A stretch of 64,000 bases of DNA from a virus: the IMG/VR virus record IMGVR_UViG_3300032289_001637, positions 30,159-94,158 of that record, one strand, 5' to 3'. Position numbers and translations under genes: made by a program. Positions 38,926 to 49,200 of this stretch are shown piece after piece. The stretch's first letter is position 1. The number at the start of each line of letters is the position of its first letter. The notes below the pieces were generated by a model. The model did no database searches and had not been told where the DNA came from. It was given only the letters and a program-made list of their open reading frames with translations.

Positions 38926-41900
38926 TTAAACCAAATATTCATCCCAAGTTATGTCATTTATTATTACAATTGAATCTTGGGTGACATTTAATATACTGTT
39001 GTCGTTAGCAATTCCTGATGAAAGACCTAGATAAGTATTGAATACTTCTTGTCCATCTAAAGAAAGTACAGTAACCTCTAAAGACTGTGCATCTAAAACT
39101 TGCGTCCATGTTGCAGATGAAGACCAGTAACTCCAGTTTTGGTCATCAACAACATTCCATTCATCAAAAACAATTAAGTCTTGCTTGATAGGATTTAGCT
39201 CAATAAAACTTGCAACATTATCTATTTTAACTCCAGAGTATATTTCAATTTCACCCATAATTCCATTCAAAGGTATTGAGTTTTCTTGTAAAGATATAGC
39301 AATATAGTTCCAATAAAGTGGTTCAATTACTACATTATTAACAATTTTTCCATTTAAAAAGAATTTAGCGTTAGTAAACTCTGTACCTTTTTTGGAATCA
39401 AAAATTTTAAAGAAAGCTCTTTTTCCATCAGCTTCAGGCTGTAGTACTATGTCATAAGAATCGTCAGAACTGAATATCTTACCAATCTTTTTTGTTTCAG
39501 TAAAAAAGTTAGATTCATTGTACATTAAAAACATCTGTAATCCAACAACTTCTTGATCTTTTTTTAAAGTTTCATTTATTGGAATAGCAAGTCCTTTTAC
39601 CAAATTTTCATCTACATCTGGTAAAACTTCTATTCCAGAATCTCCAGTCAAATATAAATATGGAGAAGATTCAGTATCAATAATTAATGGAGTTTTTCTT
39701 TTATATAAATATTGATCTTGATTCTTAACTATTGGATAAAACTTTCCTGTAGCAGGTGTATTAATTGAATAGAACTGACCTTCATCAAAAGACAGTGAAG
39801 CAAATCCCATATTTTTAATTTTTACATTCTCTGTATTTACTCCTCTAGAAAAAATTTCGACATGAACAGTTATGTAGTAATTAGTAAAACCAGACATATC
39901 TTTTGGAGGGTAGATAATAGTTTTATCATTAATTCTATACTTTGTATCTTCTGAAGAAGTAATTTCTCCTAAATCTAAAATTTTATTCATTCCAATATTT
40001 TCTATATTTGTAAATTGAGTATAAACTACTTGCCCAATCTCAGTAATATTTTGTAATGTTACATAAACTTTTGTTGATAAAGAATCCTCATAATTTGAAG
40101 ACGTTATGTTGTAATTTGAAAAAATTGAACTTGGTGTATCAATGTTAAACTGTATCAAATCTAGGTCGTATTTTAATTCACCATTAGCTTGAGTTATATA
40201 TTTTCCAAAATACGAAAGGGGTATTGAATTTTCCCAATATCCTGCAACTCCCACATCTAAAACTATTGAAGTGTTTGTTGTTTTTGGCAACAATGTGTAA
40301 GATCCAATATAATCATACAATTCTTCGTTAAAGTTTTTAATTGCTATTCCAGAAGAGTTAAATATTTTATATCCGTCTTTATCGGTAAAGAAATCATTAT
40401 TTATTGTTAAAGAAAATATTTTTCCAAAAAAAGTTTCTTCTTGATTACCTGCAAAATTTAAAGAAAGAGTTTCTGGTCTTGAAAAGAAAGATCCAACAGT
40501 TGAGTAGTAAGTTTGCTCAATTTTGTTAAAATCAATACCAACTGCAAAGTAAGAACTTGCACTAATAGGGGATGAATTTAAAATAGTTTCATTATATATA
40601 TACTGGATACTTCCAGAGTTTATAGCTACTTCAAAAATGTTTTCATTAAAACTGTTTGAAATATAAATTAAAGACTGTCTTGTTGAAACGTTGTTGGAAG
40701 ACTTCATTATTGAATGTATAGATCTTGTTTGATAATTTGTTTGATTTAGTTTTGAAAAATAAATTGTTCCATAAGATTCGTTTGCTATATAAGAATTATT
40801 TGGGTCCATAGAAATGTATGGATATTCTTCATTTTGAATTGCATAATTTTCTTCATAAAATCCTGAGGTAATTAAAGATTTTTGATTACCTGTCAATGTT
40901 GAAACATTGTTAAATATAATTTCTGGTAATTTATATTCTGGCAACGTAATTTCTTTATCACTAGCCAGAATGTTATTGTAAAATCCATCATTCCACTTGC
41001 TTCTATCTGGGTATCTAATTGTAGAACCATATCCAGAAAATGGGAAATCTACATAAGAAAGTGTTCCATTTTTTGCTGCAATAATGTTTTCTTGTTCTTC
41101 AACTCCTTGCCCAAACACATATCTCTTTTTTGCAACTTGCTCTGCAACAACATATGGAAATATTGAAAACGAATCTATTTCAAATATATATATAAATTCA
41201 TTTGTATAAAATCCTAAGTAGTCTTCATCTTCTGTTGGAAAAGTTGAAATATCTAATGAATCAATTGTAATTGATATAACTTTTTCTCCATTTATCATTA
41301 AAAAAATTTCATTTGGACTTTGACAGAAGTTTATTAGCATTGGTCTATACCATTTTCCAATAAAGTATGATTTAGTATATTTTCCAACATTTACAGTTAT
41401 AAAATCTCTATCAACGTATATACCATCATTTGATGAAAGTGGTCCAAAAATTCTTTTTCTTGTAGTTGCTTCAGGACTTATTCTTAACCAAAATTCTGCT
41501 GTGAGTGTCTTATTATAGCCGTACTGATTTAAAAATCCTTTTCCAGGAAATATTAGTGCTGGGAAATTAAAATATTGATCTTCTGTCAAATATAAAAATT
41601 GAAAAGCTCCACCTCCATCAATATACTCTAGATATGCTGAAGAAGAAGATCCTCCATCAATAGTTAAAGGCTCTGAAGAAGAACCGTCAATTAGTTCTGT
41701 TAAAACTATTCCATCTTTATTTATTTGTATATTTCCAGAGGATCCGTAAACCATTGGGATTCCAGAAAGTTTTGCAGAAAGAGAATTATTCAAGCATGTA
41801 ACGTATCCATTGTCTGAACTATCATTTAAACCATAGGGGTCTAGTATTGTACATTTTATTAATTCAGGAAAATCTATTAGTGAACTTATGTTACTTGGTA

Positions 41901-42525
41901 AATTAATTAGGGAAGCACTAGAGATTCCAGTACTTATTGAATTATAAGGCTCAGACCATTGTGCAATAGATACTCCATTAAAATAAACAGATGACTCTTC
42001 TTCATTAGCATCAACATCTGGATCAAATACAACTCTTATAAAAGGAGAAAAGCTTTCTCCTGACACTGGTTCTGTGTAAGAAATTTTTTCCCAGTTATTT
42101 GTTTTTAAAAATGAATATCTTGTATACCGTTCTTCTCCATCTACCACAAATCCGATATCTGTATATAAAATAGAAGTTTGTTCAGGTATATATATATAAT
42201 TAGAAATACAAACGCTTCCCTTATTTGGGTCAAACTCTGTATAGGATAATGAAGAGGATAAAGATACTGTAAACTCTATTGTTGCTGCTGAAGCTGTAGC
42301 AAGATATATTTTATTTACATTTAAATCTTCAAATGGATATCCAGACAATGTAAATGCAGCAGAAGAACTAATAGCATTATCAAAGTCCCAGGAAGAAGTA
42401 GTTATTTCTTTTTCTGCTTCTGAAATTAAAGAAATAAAATAGTTTGGCTCATCCATAGCCCATAAAGCTACTGGATGCTCTGCGTAGACTCTTGAAGCAT
42501 AAAGACTTGAACGTGTATAGGACAT
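38926..42525 (-). CDS. Large virion structural protein (LamG/concanavalin-like domains)
   Basis: EHPVALWAMDE N-terminus, TAEFWLR, LMINGE. Confidence 0.6.
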   Translation of the reverse strand: MSYTRSSLYASRVYAEHPVALWAMDEPNYFISLISEAEKEITTSSWDFDNAISSSAAFTLSGYPFEDLNVNKIYLATASAATIEFTVSLSSSLSYTEFDPNKGSVCISNYIYIPEQTSILYTDIGFVVDGEERYTRYSFLKTNNWEKISYTEPVSGESFSPFIRVVFDPDVDANEEESSVYFNGVSIAQWSEPYNSISTGISSASLINLPSNISSLIDFPELIKCTILDPYGLNDSSDNGYVTCLNNSLSAKLSGIPMVYGSSGNIQINKDGIVLTELIDGSSSEPLTIDGGSSSSAYLEYIDGGGAFQFLYLTEDQYFNFPALIFPGKGFLNQYGYNKTLTAEFWLRISPEATTRKRIFGPLSSNDGIYVDRDFITVNVGKYTKSYFIGKWYRPMLINFCQSPNEIFLMINGEKVISITIDSLDISTFPTEDEDYLGFYTNEFIYIFEIDSFSIFPYVVAEQVAKKRYVFGQGVEEQENIIAAKNGTLSYVDFPFSGYGSTIRYPDRSKWNDGFYNNILASDKEITLPEYKLPEIIFNNVSTLTGNQKSLITSGFYEENYAIQNEEYPYISMDPNNSYIANESYGTIYFSKLNQTNYQTRSIHSIMKSSNNVSTRQSLIYISNSFNENIFEVAINSGSIQYIYNETILNSSPISASSYFAVGIDFNKIEQTYYSTVGSFFSRPETLSLNFAGNQEETFFGKIFSLTINNDFFTDKDGYKIFNSSGIAIKNFNEELYDYIGSYTLLPKTTNTSIVLDVGVAGYWENSIPLSYFGKYITQANGELKYDLDLIQFNIDTPSSIFSNYNITSSNYEDSLSTKVYVTLQNITEIGQVVYTQFTNIENIGMNKILDLGEITSSEDTKYRINDKTIIYPPKDMSGFTNYYITVHVEIFSRGVNTENVKIKNMGFASLSFDEGQFYSINTPATGKFYPIVKNQDQYLYKRKTPLIIDTESSPYLYLTGDSGIEVLPDVDENLVKGLAIPINETLKKDQEVVGLQMFLMYNESNFFTETKKIGKIFSSDDSYDIVLQPEADGKRAFFKIFDSKKGTEFTNAKFFLNGKIVNNVVIEPLYWNYIAISLQENSIPLNGIMGEIEIYSGVKIDNVASFIELNPIKQDLIVFDEWNVVDDQNWSYWSSSATWTQVLDAQSLEVTVLSLDGQEVFNTYLGLSSGIANDNSILNVTQDSIVIINDITWDEYLV

Positions 42526-42556
42526 AGATTACCTCTACCCTATTTTATCATAGAGG

Positions 42557-44554
42557 CTACTTTGTAATGTCTACAATTTCACATGCACCAGCAACACAAG
42601 AAAGTTCTTGGCTTCCAGTTGTTCCATCTGTTGTTTCATATAATGAAAGCATATCCCAGCGAATTGAATCGGGCATTTTGCTTAGCCAAGATTCATATTC
42701 TTCTTTAGAAATTTCTTGATAAGGAGCTTGCTTATAAGAGTGCTCTACTGATGGAAGAAATGACACTCCGCCAATTGAATCAAAATTATCAAACACCCAA
42801 GCACCGACACGCATCCATTCATCTTCTTCAACATTTATAGTAACGCTTGGATTATGTTCTGTCCAATGAGTTCTATAAGTCTTCCACATTTCAAGATGAT
42901 CAATTGCAGTTAAGTCTTTTGTCAGAACTGCATTCTTTGGAGCTTTAATTGGGAAGTAAAATACAGTTGTAACTTCTGGTTTCATCACATCTGGTTCAAA
43001 AGGAATTCCAGAATCTTTTAAGAATTGAGTTAAAGGATCTTTATTGTCTGCTCTAACACTTCTTACATAATATTCTGAATACCATGGATGAATGCCAGAA
43101 GATACTCCTGTAAGCTGTGAGACAGTTCCTGAAGGCTTTACACAAGTAATGGATACTGAAGGGTTAATCTTTAAAGACTTAGCCTCTTTATCATTTACTG
43201 AAACAGATAGATCTCTCATTTCATCAAGCAGCGATTCTAAAGCTTTACCATTTGTAGCAGTAATTTTATTTCCATAGATACCTGTTAAAGATACGCCAAG
43301 AAGTCTTTCTTCTTCACAGTTATCTCTCCAGGTCTTTCTGATATATTTAAAGTTAGTTAAAGTTGACTGCCATGTTCCAAGAATAGTAGCTAACCTTACC
43401 TTTTCAAGCAGCGTCTCTTTAGTATCAGTTGCATCAATTACAACCTCAGTTAAATTACAAAATTCATTTGGACGAAGAAGAATTTCTCCACAAGGATTTG
43501 TACCACCAACAAGACTTGAGTCTCTACGACCAAATTTGTCAATATGCTTACGAACAGAATCAATGTTGTAAATTCCACGTTCGCCAGATTTTGACTCATA
43601 CAAGTTTCTCCACTCACGAAGGAACTGTGCAGTGTTTGGCTTTGAATTATACACAGCAGAATTATTTGCTAATGCTCTCTGACCATTTCCTTCCCACCAT
43701 TGACCGCTCTTTGCTTTTGCCATTTCAAAATCATCTAAATTAGAAAGTGAAATTAAAGCACTTCTACGAACTCCTCCAACAACAACAACTTCTCCAATCT
43801 TACACATTAAGTCATGTGCTTCAATTGATTTTAGTCGTCTTCCTGAAGCAACTTTAAATGTTTCAATTGTAAAATTGAATAGATCTACTAAAGGAGCTGG
43901 ACCAGATGCTCTACCACCAAATACCTTTAGTCTTGCTCCAGCAGGACGAACCTTTGAAACATCCCAATTTGGAATCTGACCTTGAAAAAGAAGTGCAATA
44001 AGTTCTTTATAAGCTTTTGCCCAACCAAGCTTTGAATCATCAACAACTATTGTTGTATCTGTTTTAAAGAATGACTCTGAAATAACTGGTAGTTGATTAA
44101 TATATTTTTGTTCAACACTAAATCCAACCCCAGTTCCGTTCATAAGGATATACATAGCCTCATCAAAGGCTCTAGGATTGTCTACAGCGATAAACGAGCA
44201 ATTGTAGGCTGCAATATGGTCTCTTTCTAAAGCAGGTCCAGCGGTCATCAGTGCCCTCATAGATGGCATTATGTGATGATGCAAGATTGCTTTTCTAACT
44301 TCATTAAAAACTTTTGCATTTGGACTATATCCATAATTAAGCACAAGATGGTCTCGCATGAAGTTACAATATCTGTCAACTGTTTCCTCCCACGTTTCTC
44401 TACGGTTTTCGCTTTCAATCCATCGAGCATACCTTGAGATATGAATAAAATTGCGGTATGGATCTGTTATAGATCCGTTGGAGTCAATAAATGACATTAT
44501 GTAACACGTCCTTCTGATAAAATGGGAATAGTTATATTCTACACGAGTATTCAA
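42557..44554 (-). CDS. nrdJ: Class II (adenosylcobalamin-dependent) ribonucleotide reductase, monomeric RTPR type (likely start MSFID, about 44497)
   Basis: SRYARW, YNCSF, GGVRRSA, TNPCGE, CVKPSGTVS, C-terminal CVAGAC; no beta-subunit gene nearby. Confidence 0.9.
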   Translation of the reverse strand: MNTRVEYNYSHFIRRTCYIMSFIDSNGSITDPYRNFIHISRYARWIESENRRETWEETVDRYCNFMRDHLVLNYGYSPNAKVFNEVRKAILHHHIMPSMRALMTAGPALERDHIAAYNCSFIAVDNPRAFDEAMYILMNGTGVGFSVEQKYINQLPVISESFFKTDTTIVVDDSKLGWAKAYKELIALLFQGQIPNWDVSKVRPAGARLKVFGGRASGPAPLVDLFNFTIETFKVASGRRLKSIEAHDLMCKIGEVVVVGGVRRSALISLSNLDDFEMAKAKSGQWWEGNGQRALANNSAVYNSKPNTAQFLREWRNLYESKSGERGIYNIDSVRKHIDKFGRRDSSLVGGTNPCGEILLRPNEFCNLTEVVIDATDTKETLLEKVRLATILGTWQSTLTNFKYIRKTWRDNCEEERLLGVSLTGIYGNKITATNGKALESLLDEMRDLSVSVNDKEAKSLKINPSVSITCVKPSGTVSQLTGVSSGIHPWYSEYYVRSVRADNKDPLTQFLKDSGIPFEPDVMKPEVTTVFYFPIKAPKNAVLTKDLTAIDHLEMWKTYRTHWTEHNPSVTINVEEDEWMRVGAWVFDNFDSIGGVSFLPSVEHSYKQAPYQEISKEEYESWLSKMPDSIRWDMLSLYETTDGTTGSQELSCVAGACEIVDITK

Positions 44555-44564
44555 GGAGAAGCAA

Positions 44565-44798
44565 ATGGATTTAACAATACAAGAAATAAATTTTTATAAT
44601 AATTTGGTTAAAGATAAAAAAGCATTACAAATTCTTTGTCCATTTAACGAAAATGAAGAATTTCCAGACACCGTAATTAGTAGAATAGATAGTAGTGATA
44701 AAGTTTATTTTTACTGTTTATCTTGCCAAGCATCTTTTTATCCAGGAATTAATTTAATGGAAAAAATTAAAGGATATATTTCTTTAGCTACTTCTTAA
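44565..44798 (+). CDS. Small Zn-ribbon protein, divergent from nrdJ
   Basis: AAGGAG RBS; CP...YCLSC. Confidence 0.6.
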   Translation: MDLTIQEINFYNNLVKDKKALQILCPFNENEEFPDTVISRIDSSDKVYFYCLSCQASFYPGINLMEKIKGYISLATS

Positions 44799-45318
44799 AC
44801 AAAAGTTTTGCATTGCTTGTTGGTTCTTGAATATATTTTCTATTAACAAAACTTTTATCACCTGGTTTTTTAATCTTTTCTTTTACTGAGAATGTATCAA
44901 AAACAGTTCCAGGATTAAAATATGAAACAATTCCTTGACCAATTGCTAATGCATAAACTTCTTCATCTATTTCTATTGAACTATTAGTTAAACTTATACA
45001 AAGCGTAGGGCATTTAAATTCTAGATCATATTCTTCTCTTGGTATAGACCTTTTAGAAATTGGGTTAGTTTTAATATCAGCTTTTGAGCATTGATAATTA
45101 ATTCTATTTGCTAGCTCTTCCATGCTTTGGTCGTTGTTATAAAGATATGAAAAGAATCTTCCTTCTGCTGGATATTCTGGAGTAAAAAGACTTATGCACA
45201 AGTCAGCATTTTTTTCATGAACCGATAGATTATGTGGAGTATGTTGCCTAATATATTTTTTTAAAAACTTTTTAACTGGTTCTGAATATTCATCACTTTT
45301 TATATATATGTTAGCCAT
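44788..45318 (-). CDS. Amidase_3-like protein lacking catalytic residues
   Basis: NADLCISLF, ELANRI, CPTLCISL, ALAIGQGIVSYF follow the amidase_3 skeleton; TATAAT 6 nt before ATG 45318. Confidence 0.5.
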   Translation of the reverse strand: MANIYIKSDEYSEPVKKFLKKYIRQHTPHNLSVHEKNADLCISLFTPEYPAEGRFFSYLYNNDQSMEELANRINYQCSKADIKTNPISKRSIPREEYDLEFKCPTLCISLTNSSIEIDEEVYALAIGQGIVSYFNPGTVFDTFSVKEKIKKPGDKSFVNRKYIQEPTSNAKLLFKK

Positions 45319-45325
45319 ACATATA

Positions 45326-46417
45326 TTATAACGCAAGAATTTTTCTACAAACTTCGTCCCAATCATATCCTCTTTGTTTCATTGAAAAGTTTTCAGATAG
45401 TATTTCAAAGTTTTTATCTCTTTCTTCAAGTCTTACTTTTGGATTTAATAATTCTTCCATGTGACCAATCCATTCATCAGGAGTAGTGGCAGCTCTTCCA
45501 ACTCCAGAATCAGCAAGGAGTTGATATTCTGGCAAGGCTTGTGCAATAAAAGGAATTCCTGCTGCTGCATTTTCTAATCCTTTCAAATATGACTTTGCAT
45601 GATTAAATTCAACATCTCTTAATGGAACAATTCCAACATCCATTTTTCTATATAGTTGTGGAACATTCATCATTGTCTTCATTGGCTCAAATGAGCAATA
45701 TTTTTTATCAAGACCTAGTTGATCTGATGCTTGTGGAGCGTTAATAATATTTCCAGCATGATGAAACTTTAAATGTTTTTTCTTTAAAAAATCTCCAAAG
45801 AATGGCTTTAATGTCTCTAGGTCTCCAGATCTCCAAGGAGTAGCACCAACCCAGCCAAACTTTGGAAGAAGACCAGCATAATCATTTCTCTTTATTCCCC
45901 ATCTTTCAACATCAATACCATTTCTTACCATAAATACTGGTTTATCTGGATATTTTTTTTGATAGAAGTCTCTTAAAAATGGGGTAGAAGTTATCAAAGC
46001 ATCTGCTTGTTCAATAATTGCAATATAGTGATCTCTATTATTATCTGGATTTGAATCTGGATGAGTTGTTTTATAAGCAAGATTAGTTTCTTCAAGACCT
46101 TCCATGTGATCATCAATATCTACAACTATTTTTTGACCCAACTCTTTTGCTATTCTAACATGGTCAACAAATCTTTTAAGCATTACCAATTTTAAAACAA
46201 CTATGTCCCATCCATGTATTGCTCTTTCATCTGGAATTAAAATACCAAAACCATGTTCTTCACTAAACCCTGGAAGTCCTATTCCACTTTCCCAGCCATG
46301 CTCCTTCAATTGCTTCATTGGAAGATATGCTCTATACCAACCACATCCATTTGGTTGTAATGGCTTTACGCCAAATGACCAGTCATAGGTTAAAAAAGCA
46401 ATTGTCGGAGTTGGCAT
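45326..46417 (-). CDS. Glycosyltransferase (GT-B, family 4-like)
   Basis: GCGWYR, DIDD, RNGID, GWVG, DVGIVPL..FNHAKSYLKGLENAAAGIP. Confidence 0.88.
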   Translation of the reverse strand: MPTPTIAFLTYDWSFGVKPLQPNGCGWYRAYLPMKQLKEHGWESGIGLPGFSEEHGFGILIPDERAIHGWDIVVLKLVMLKRFVDHVRIAKELGQKIVVDIDDHMEGLEETNLAYKTTHPDSNPDNNRDHYIAIIEQADALITSTPFLRDFYQKKYPDKPVFMVRNGIDVERWGIKRNDYAGLLPKFGWVGATPWRSGDLETLKPFFGDFLKKKHLKFHHAGNIINAPQASDQLGLDKKYCSFEPMKTMMNVPQLYRKMDVGIVPLRDVEFNHAKSYLKGLENAAAGIPFIAQALPEYQLLADSGVGRAATTPDEWIGHMEELLNPKVRLEERDKNFEILSENFSMKQRGYDWDEVCRKILAL

Positions 46418-46425
46418 AGGTCTTG

Positions 46426-46704
46426 TTACTTACTTTCTGTTTTCTTTACAGCAGCTTTTTTAACTGCTTTAACAACTTCTGTAGCAACTTCTTCTGAGGT
46501 TGAGTTTCCAGAAATTTTTCCAAAAGCAATATCATTCTTATTAAAATAACGAATTGCAACTGGAGCAAATGCAGCTACTAGAGCATATAGATATGTATAT
46601 AGATCTGTATTACCTGCAAGATATAGTGCAAGTGCTGCACCTAAAAATGAGCGACCATAGGATTGCAACATTTCTTTTTGTGACTTTGTTAATTTTAGTA
46701 CCAT
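46426..46704 (-). CDS. Holin-like membrane protein
   Basis: SYGRSFLGAALA...PVAIRYFNKND.AFG; two hydrophobic helices and a basic tail. Confidence 0.65.
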   Translation of the reverse strand: MVLKLTKSQKEMLQSYGRSFLGAALALYLAGNTDLYTYLYALVAAFAPVAIRYFNKNDIAFGKISGNSTSEEVATEVVKAVKKAAVKKTESK

Positions 46705-46768
46705 GTTAATTCTCCTGTCTATAGTACTTAGTAATATTGTATCTTAAAAGTATATCATTGTCAATACT

Positions 46769-48184
46769 TTAAATTCCATACTTCCATTCTGTTCCATTCC
46801 AAATACGGACTTGAGCAGGTGTCCATACTTGAGCTCCTGCTGTGTTGGTACAAACATAAGCTAAACCAGCAGCTGTAAAAGTAGATCCATTAGTAGATAT
46901 TCTTACAATTCCACCAATACTTGATGTATTTACTGAAGCAGCACCACTAGAGCCAACATCAGTACTAGCAGTAACTGTGTATGTATATGCAACAGAAGGA
47001 GCAACGGTATTGTCGTTAAATGTAGTATTAGAGGTTGTACCTAATGTATTTCCATCACGTCTAATAGTGTATGTAACTGGATATCCGTCACCATTACTAG
47101 CAACCCAAGACAATCCAATGACACCAAAAGTGCTAGTATTTGCATTTAAAGAAGTGGGATTAGTTGGTAAGCTTGGAGTTGTTACGGCAGCAGCAGTTCC
47201 AGTAGCAGAAGTACCTACAGCATTACTAGCACGAACACGAACCGTATAGGAAGTGTTATTGGCTAGTCCTGTAATAACATGACCACTGGTAATATTACTA
47301 GACCAGTTAACATTATCTAATGAGTATTGATAGTTAACAGTTGCTAAACCACCATTACTTACTGCTGGAAAAGTAACGGTAACTTGACGAATACCAGCAG
47401 TAGCAGTAGGAACTGGTGTTCCTGGAACATCATATGTAGTTGCAGATGCAGAATCTGCTGCACTAGTTCCAACACCATTTGTAGCAGTAACTGTATAGGA
47501 ATAGGTAGTACCATCAGCACGACCAGTATCAACAAATGATCTATTAGTGCCAGAGTAAATAGTTGTTGCACCACGCTTTAGCGTGTATCCAGATATTGCA
47601 ACTCCACCATCATCAGGTAAAGTCCAAGATAAAGATACTTGACCATTACCACCACTAGCACTAAGTGATGGAGCATCAGGAACAGTTACTAGTGTGTATA
47701 CAAATGTTCCAACAATGTTGCGAGCAAGAGCAGCAGTTGGAGAAAAGTCATTTAGATTTCCATTAGCTGCATCACCAGTTGCAGTACCGTTAGTCGTACC
47801 ACTTGCACCTTCAACATCCCAGTTGATGCTGTCTGCAGCAGATTTACTAAATCCAACATACCAGAAATCATTAGTACCGTTTACATTATTAAGTAGTCTA
47901 GTTGATCCTGGATCTCCTAAGTTCTTTTCACCAAATGGGGCTGAAGTGTCTGAAGCAATAAGAACTCCAGAACCTTGCCAATAATCTGAACCATTTTTAT
48001 CCCAAATATGACCGTAAACAGTTTCAGATGAACCGTTACCTGCCATCTGAATAGTAACATCTCTTACTAACCAGCATTGACCGTTAGGAACAGTAATCTT
48101 CGTACCAAAACTATAGGGGGGATTGTTTAGTCCACGGTTATTAAAATAACCACCACCAGCTTCACCTAGAATATATGTTGGCAT
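46769..48184 (-). CDS. Virion protein with three FN3 domains
   Basis: VSLSW...YSYTVTATN repeats; ends VRIWNGTEWK. Confidence 0.8.
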   Translation of the reverse strand: MPTYILGEAGGGYFNNRGLNNPPYSFGTKITVPNGQCWLVRDVTIQMAGNGSSETVYGHIWDKNGSDYWQGSGVLIASDTSAPFGEKNLGDPGSTRLLNNVNGTNDFWYVGFSKSAADSINWDVEGASGTTNGTATGDAANGNLNDFSPTAALARNIVGTFVYTLVTVPDAPSLSASGGNGQVSLSWTLPDDGGVAISGYTLKRGATTIYSGTNRSFVDTGRADGTTYSYTVTATNGVGTSAADSASATTYDVPGTPVPTATAGIRQVTVTFPAVSNGGLATVNYQYSLDNVNWSSNITSGHVITGLANNTSYTVRVRASNAVGTSATGTAAAVTTPSLPTNPTSLNANTSTFGVIGLSWVASNGDGYPVTYTIRRDGNTLGTTSNTTFNDNTVAPSVAYTYTVTASTDVGSSGAASVNTSSIGGIVRISTNGSTFTAAGLAYVCTNTAGAQVWTPAQVRIWNGTEWKYGI

Positions 48185-48192
48185 CTAGACTC

Positions 48193-49200
48193 CTAGAAAT
48201 CTATCCAGATATCGCCAATGTTGATTGCAGTAGGTTGTGTTGTCTGAACAAAAATGTTTCTATTTGCGATTGTACCCTGATAGCTTAAAGTTGGTTTTAA
48301 GGTAACTGTGTTAAGGTCTGTAGATGTTACGGTTAAAGCAGCACCAGAATTAATTATTGGTGAAGAAATTGATGCTGAAGTTAAAGTCTTGTTAAGAAGT
48401 GTTTGAGTACCAGCAATAGTAGCAAAATCTCCATCAGAAAGTGCAGTATTAAAATCAGCAGTAGTACCAGTTAATTTAGTGGCAACAATAGCTGCAGAAG
48501 CACTAATGTCTGCATTCATAATGGTTCCATCAACAATGTTTGTACTAGTTACAACAGCACCAGTTAAGTTACCATTTAAGGTGGCAGTAATAGTTCCAGC
48601 AGTAAAGTTTCCTGATGCATCTCTAGCAACGATTGCTGAAGCAGTATTTAGATTAGTTGCAGTAGTAGCACTGTTAGCAACTTTTCCAGCAGTAGAAATA
48701 ATTGCAAGCTTAGTGTCAGCAATAGCTGCAGAAGCACTAATGTCTGCATTCATAATGGTTGCATCAGCAATGTTATTTGAAGTAATAGTTCCATTTGCAA
48801 TGTCAGTTCCAGTAACAGTTCCATCAACAATGTTGGTAGAAGTAACAACACCAGTTCCACTAATAGTACCAGTAATAATTGGACTTGATAAAGTTTTATT
48901 GCTTAGTGTCTGCGTATCTGTTGTACCAACAAAACTTCCAGTAATTCCATGGACGTTAAAAGTTGCAGGAGCGTGACCTGTTATTGCTGCATCAGTTGAT
49001 GTAATTCTAGTATCAAAACCTAATAAATGTTCATGAATACTTTTTGGGTTTGTTGTATTTCCAACTGTAGAATCTCCATAGTAAAACAATTCAAATGCGT
49101 TTTGAATATTTGCATTATCCGACAATTCTGGAACATATGTATCAAAGGATTTATCATCAATTCCTTTAGTTGTACTAATTAACTCTGCCATTTTATGCAC
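48193..49200 (-). CDS. Fibre protein (likely start 49191)
   Basis: TQTLSNKTL and VTSTNIVDGT shaft repeats; C-terminal GDIWID. Confidence 0.7.
   Translation of the reverse strand: MHKMAELISTTKGIDDKSFDTYVPELSDNANIQNAFELFYYGDSTVGNTTNPKSIHEHLLGFDTRITSTDAAITGHAPATFNVHGITGSFVGTTDTQTLSNKTLSSPIITGTISGTGVVTSTNIVDGTVTGTDIANGTITSNNIADATIMNADISASAAIADTKLAIISTAGKVANSATTATNLNTASAIVARDASGNFTAGTITATLNGNLTGAVVTSTNIVDGTIMNADISASAAIVATKLTGTTADFNTALSDGDFATIAGTQTLLNKTLTSASISSPIINSGAALTVTSTDLNTVTLKPTLSYQGTIANRNIFVQTTQPTAINIGDIWIDF

Noticed and set aside
4985-44554. Inteins or introns in DnaE, DnaB, portal or NrdJ
   Set aside because: Lengths are normal, ORFs are uninterrupted, and no intein or homing-endonuclease motifs are visible
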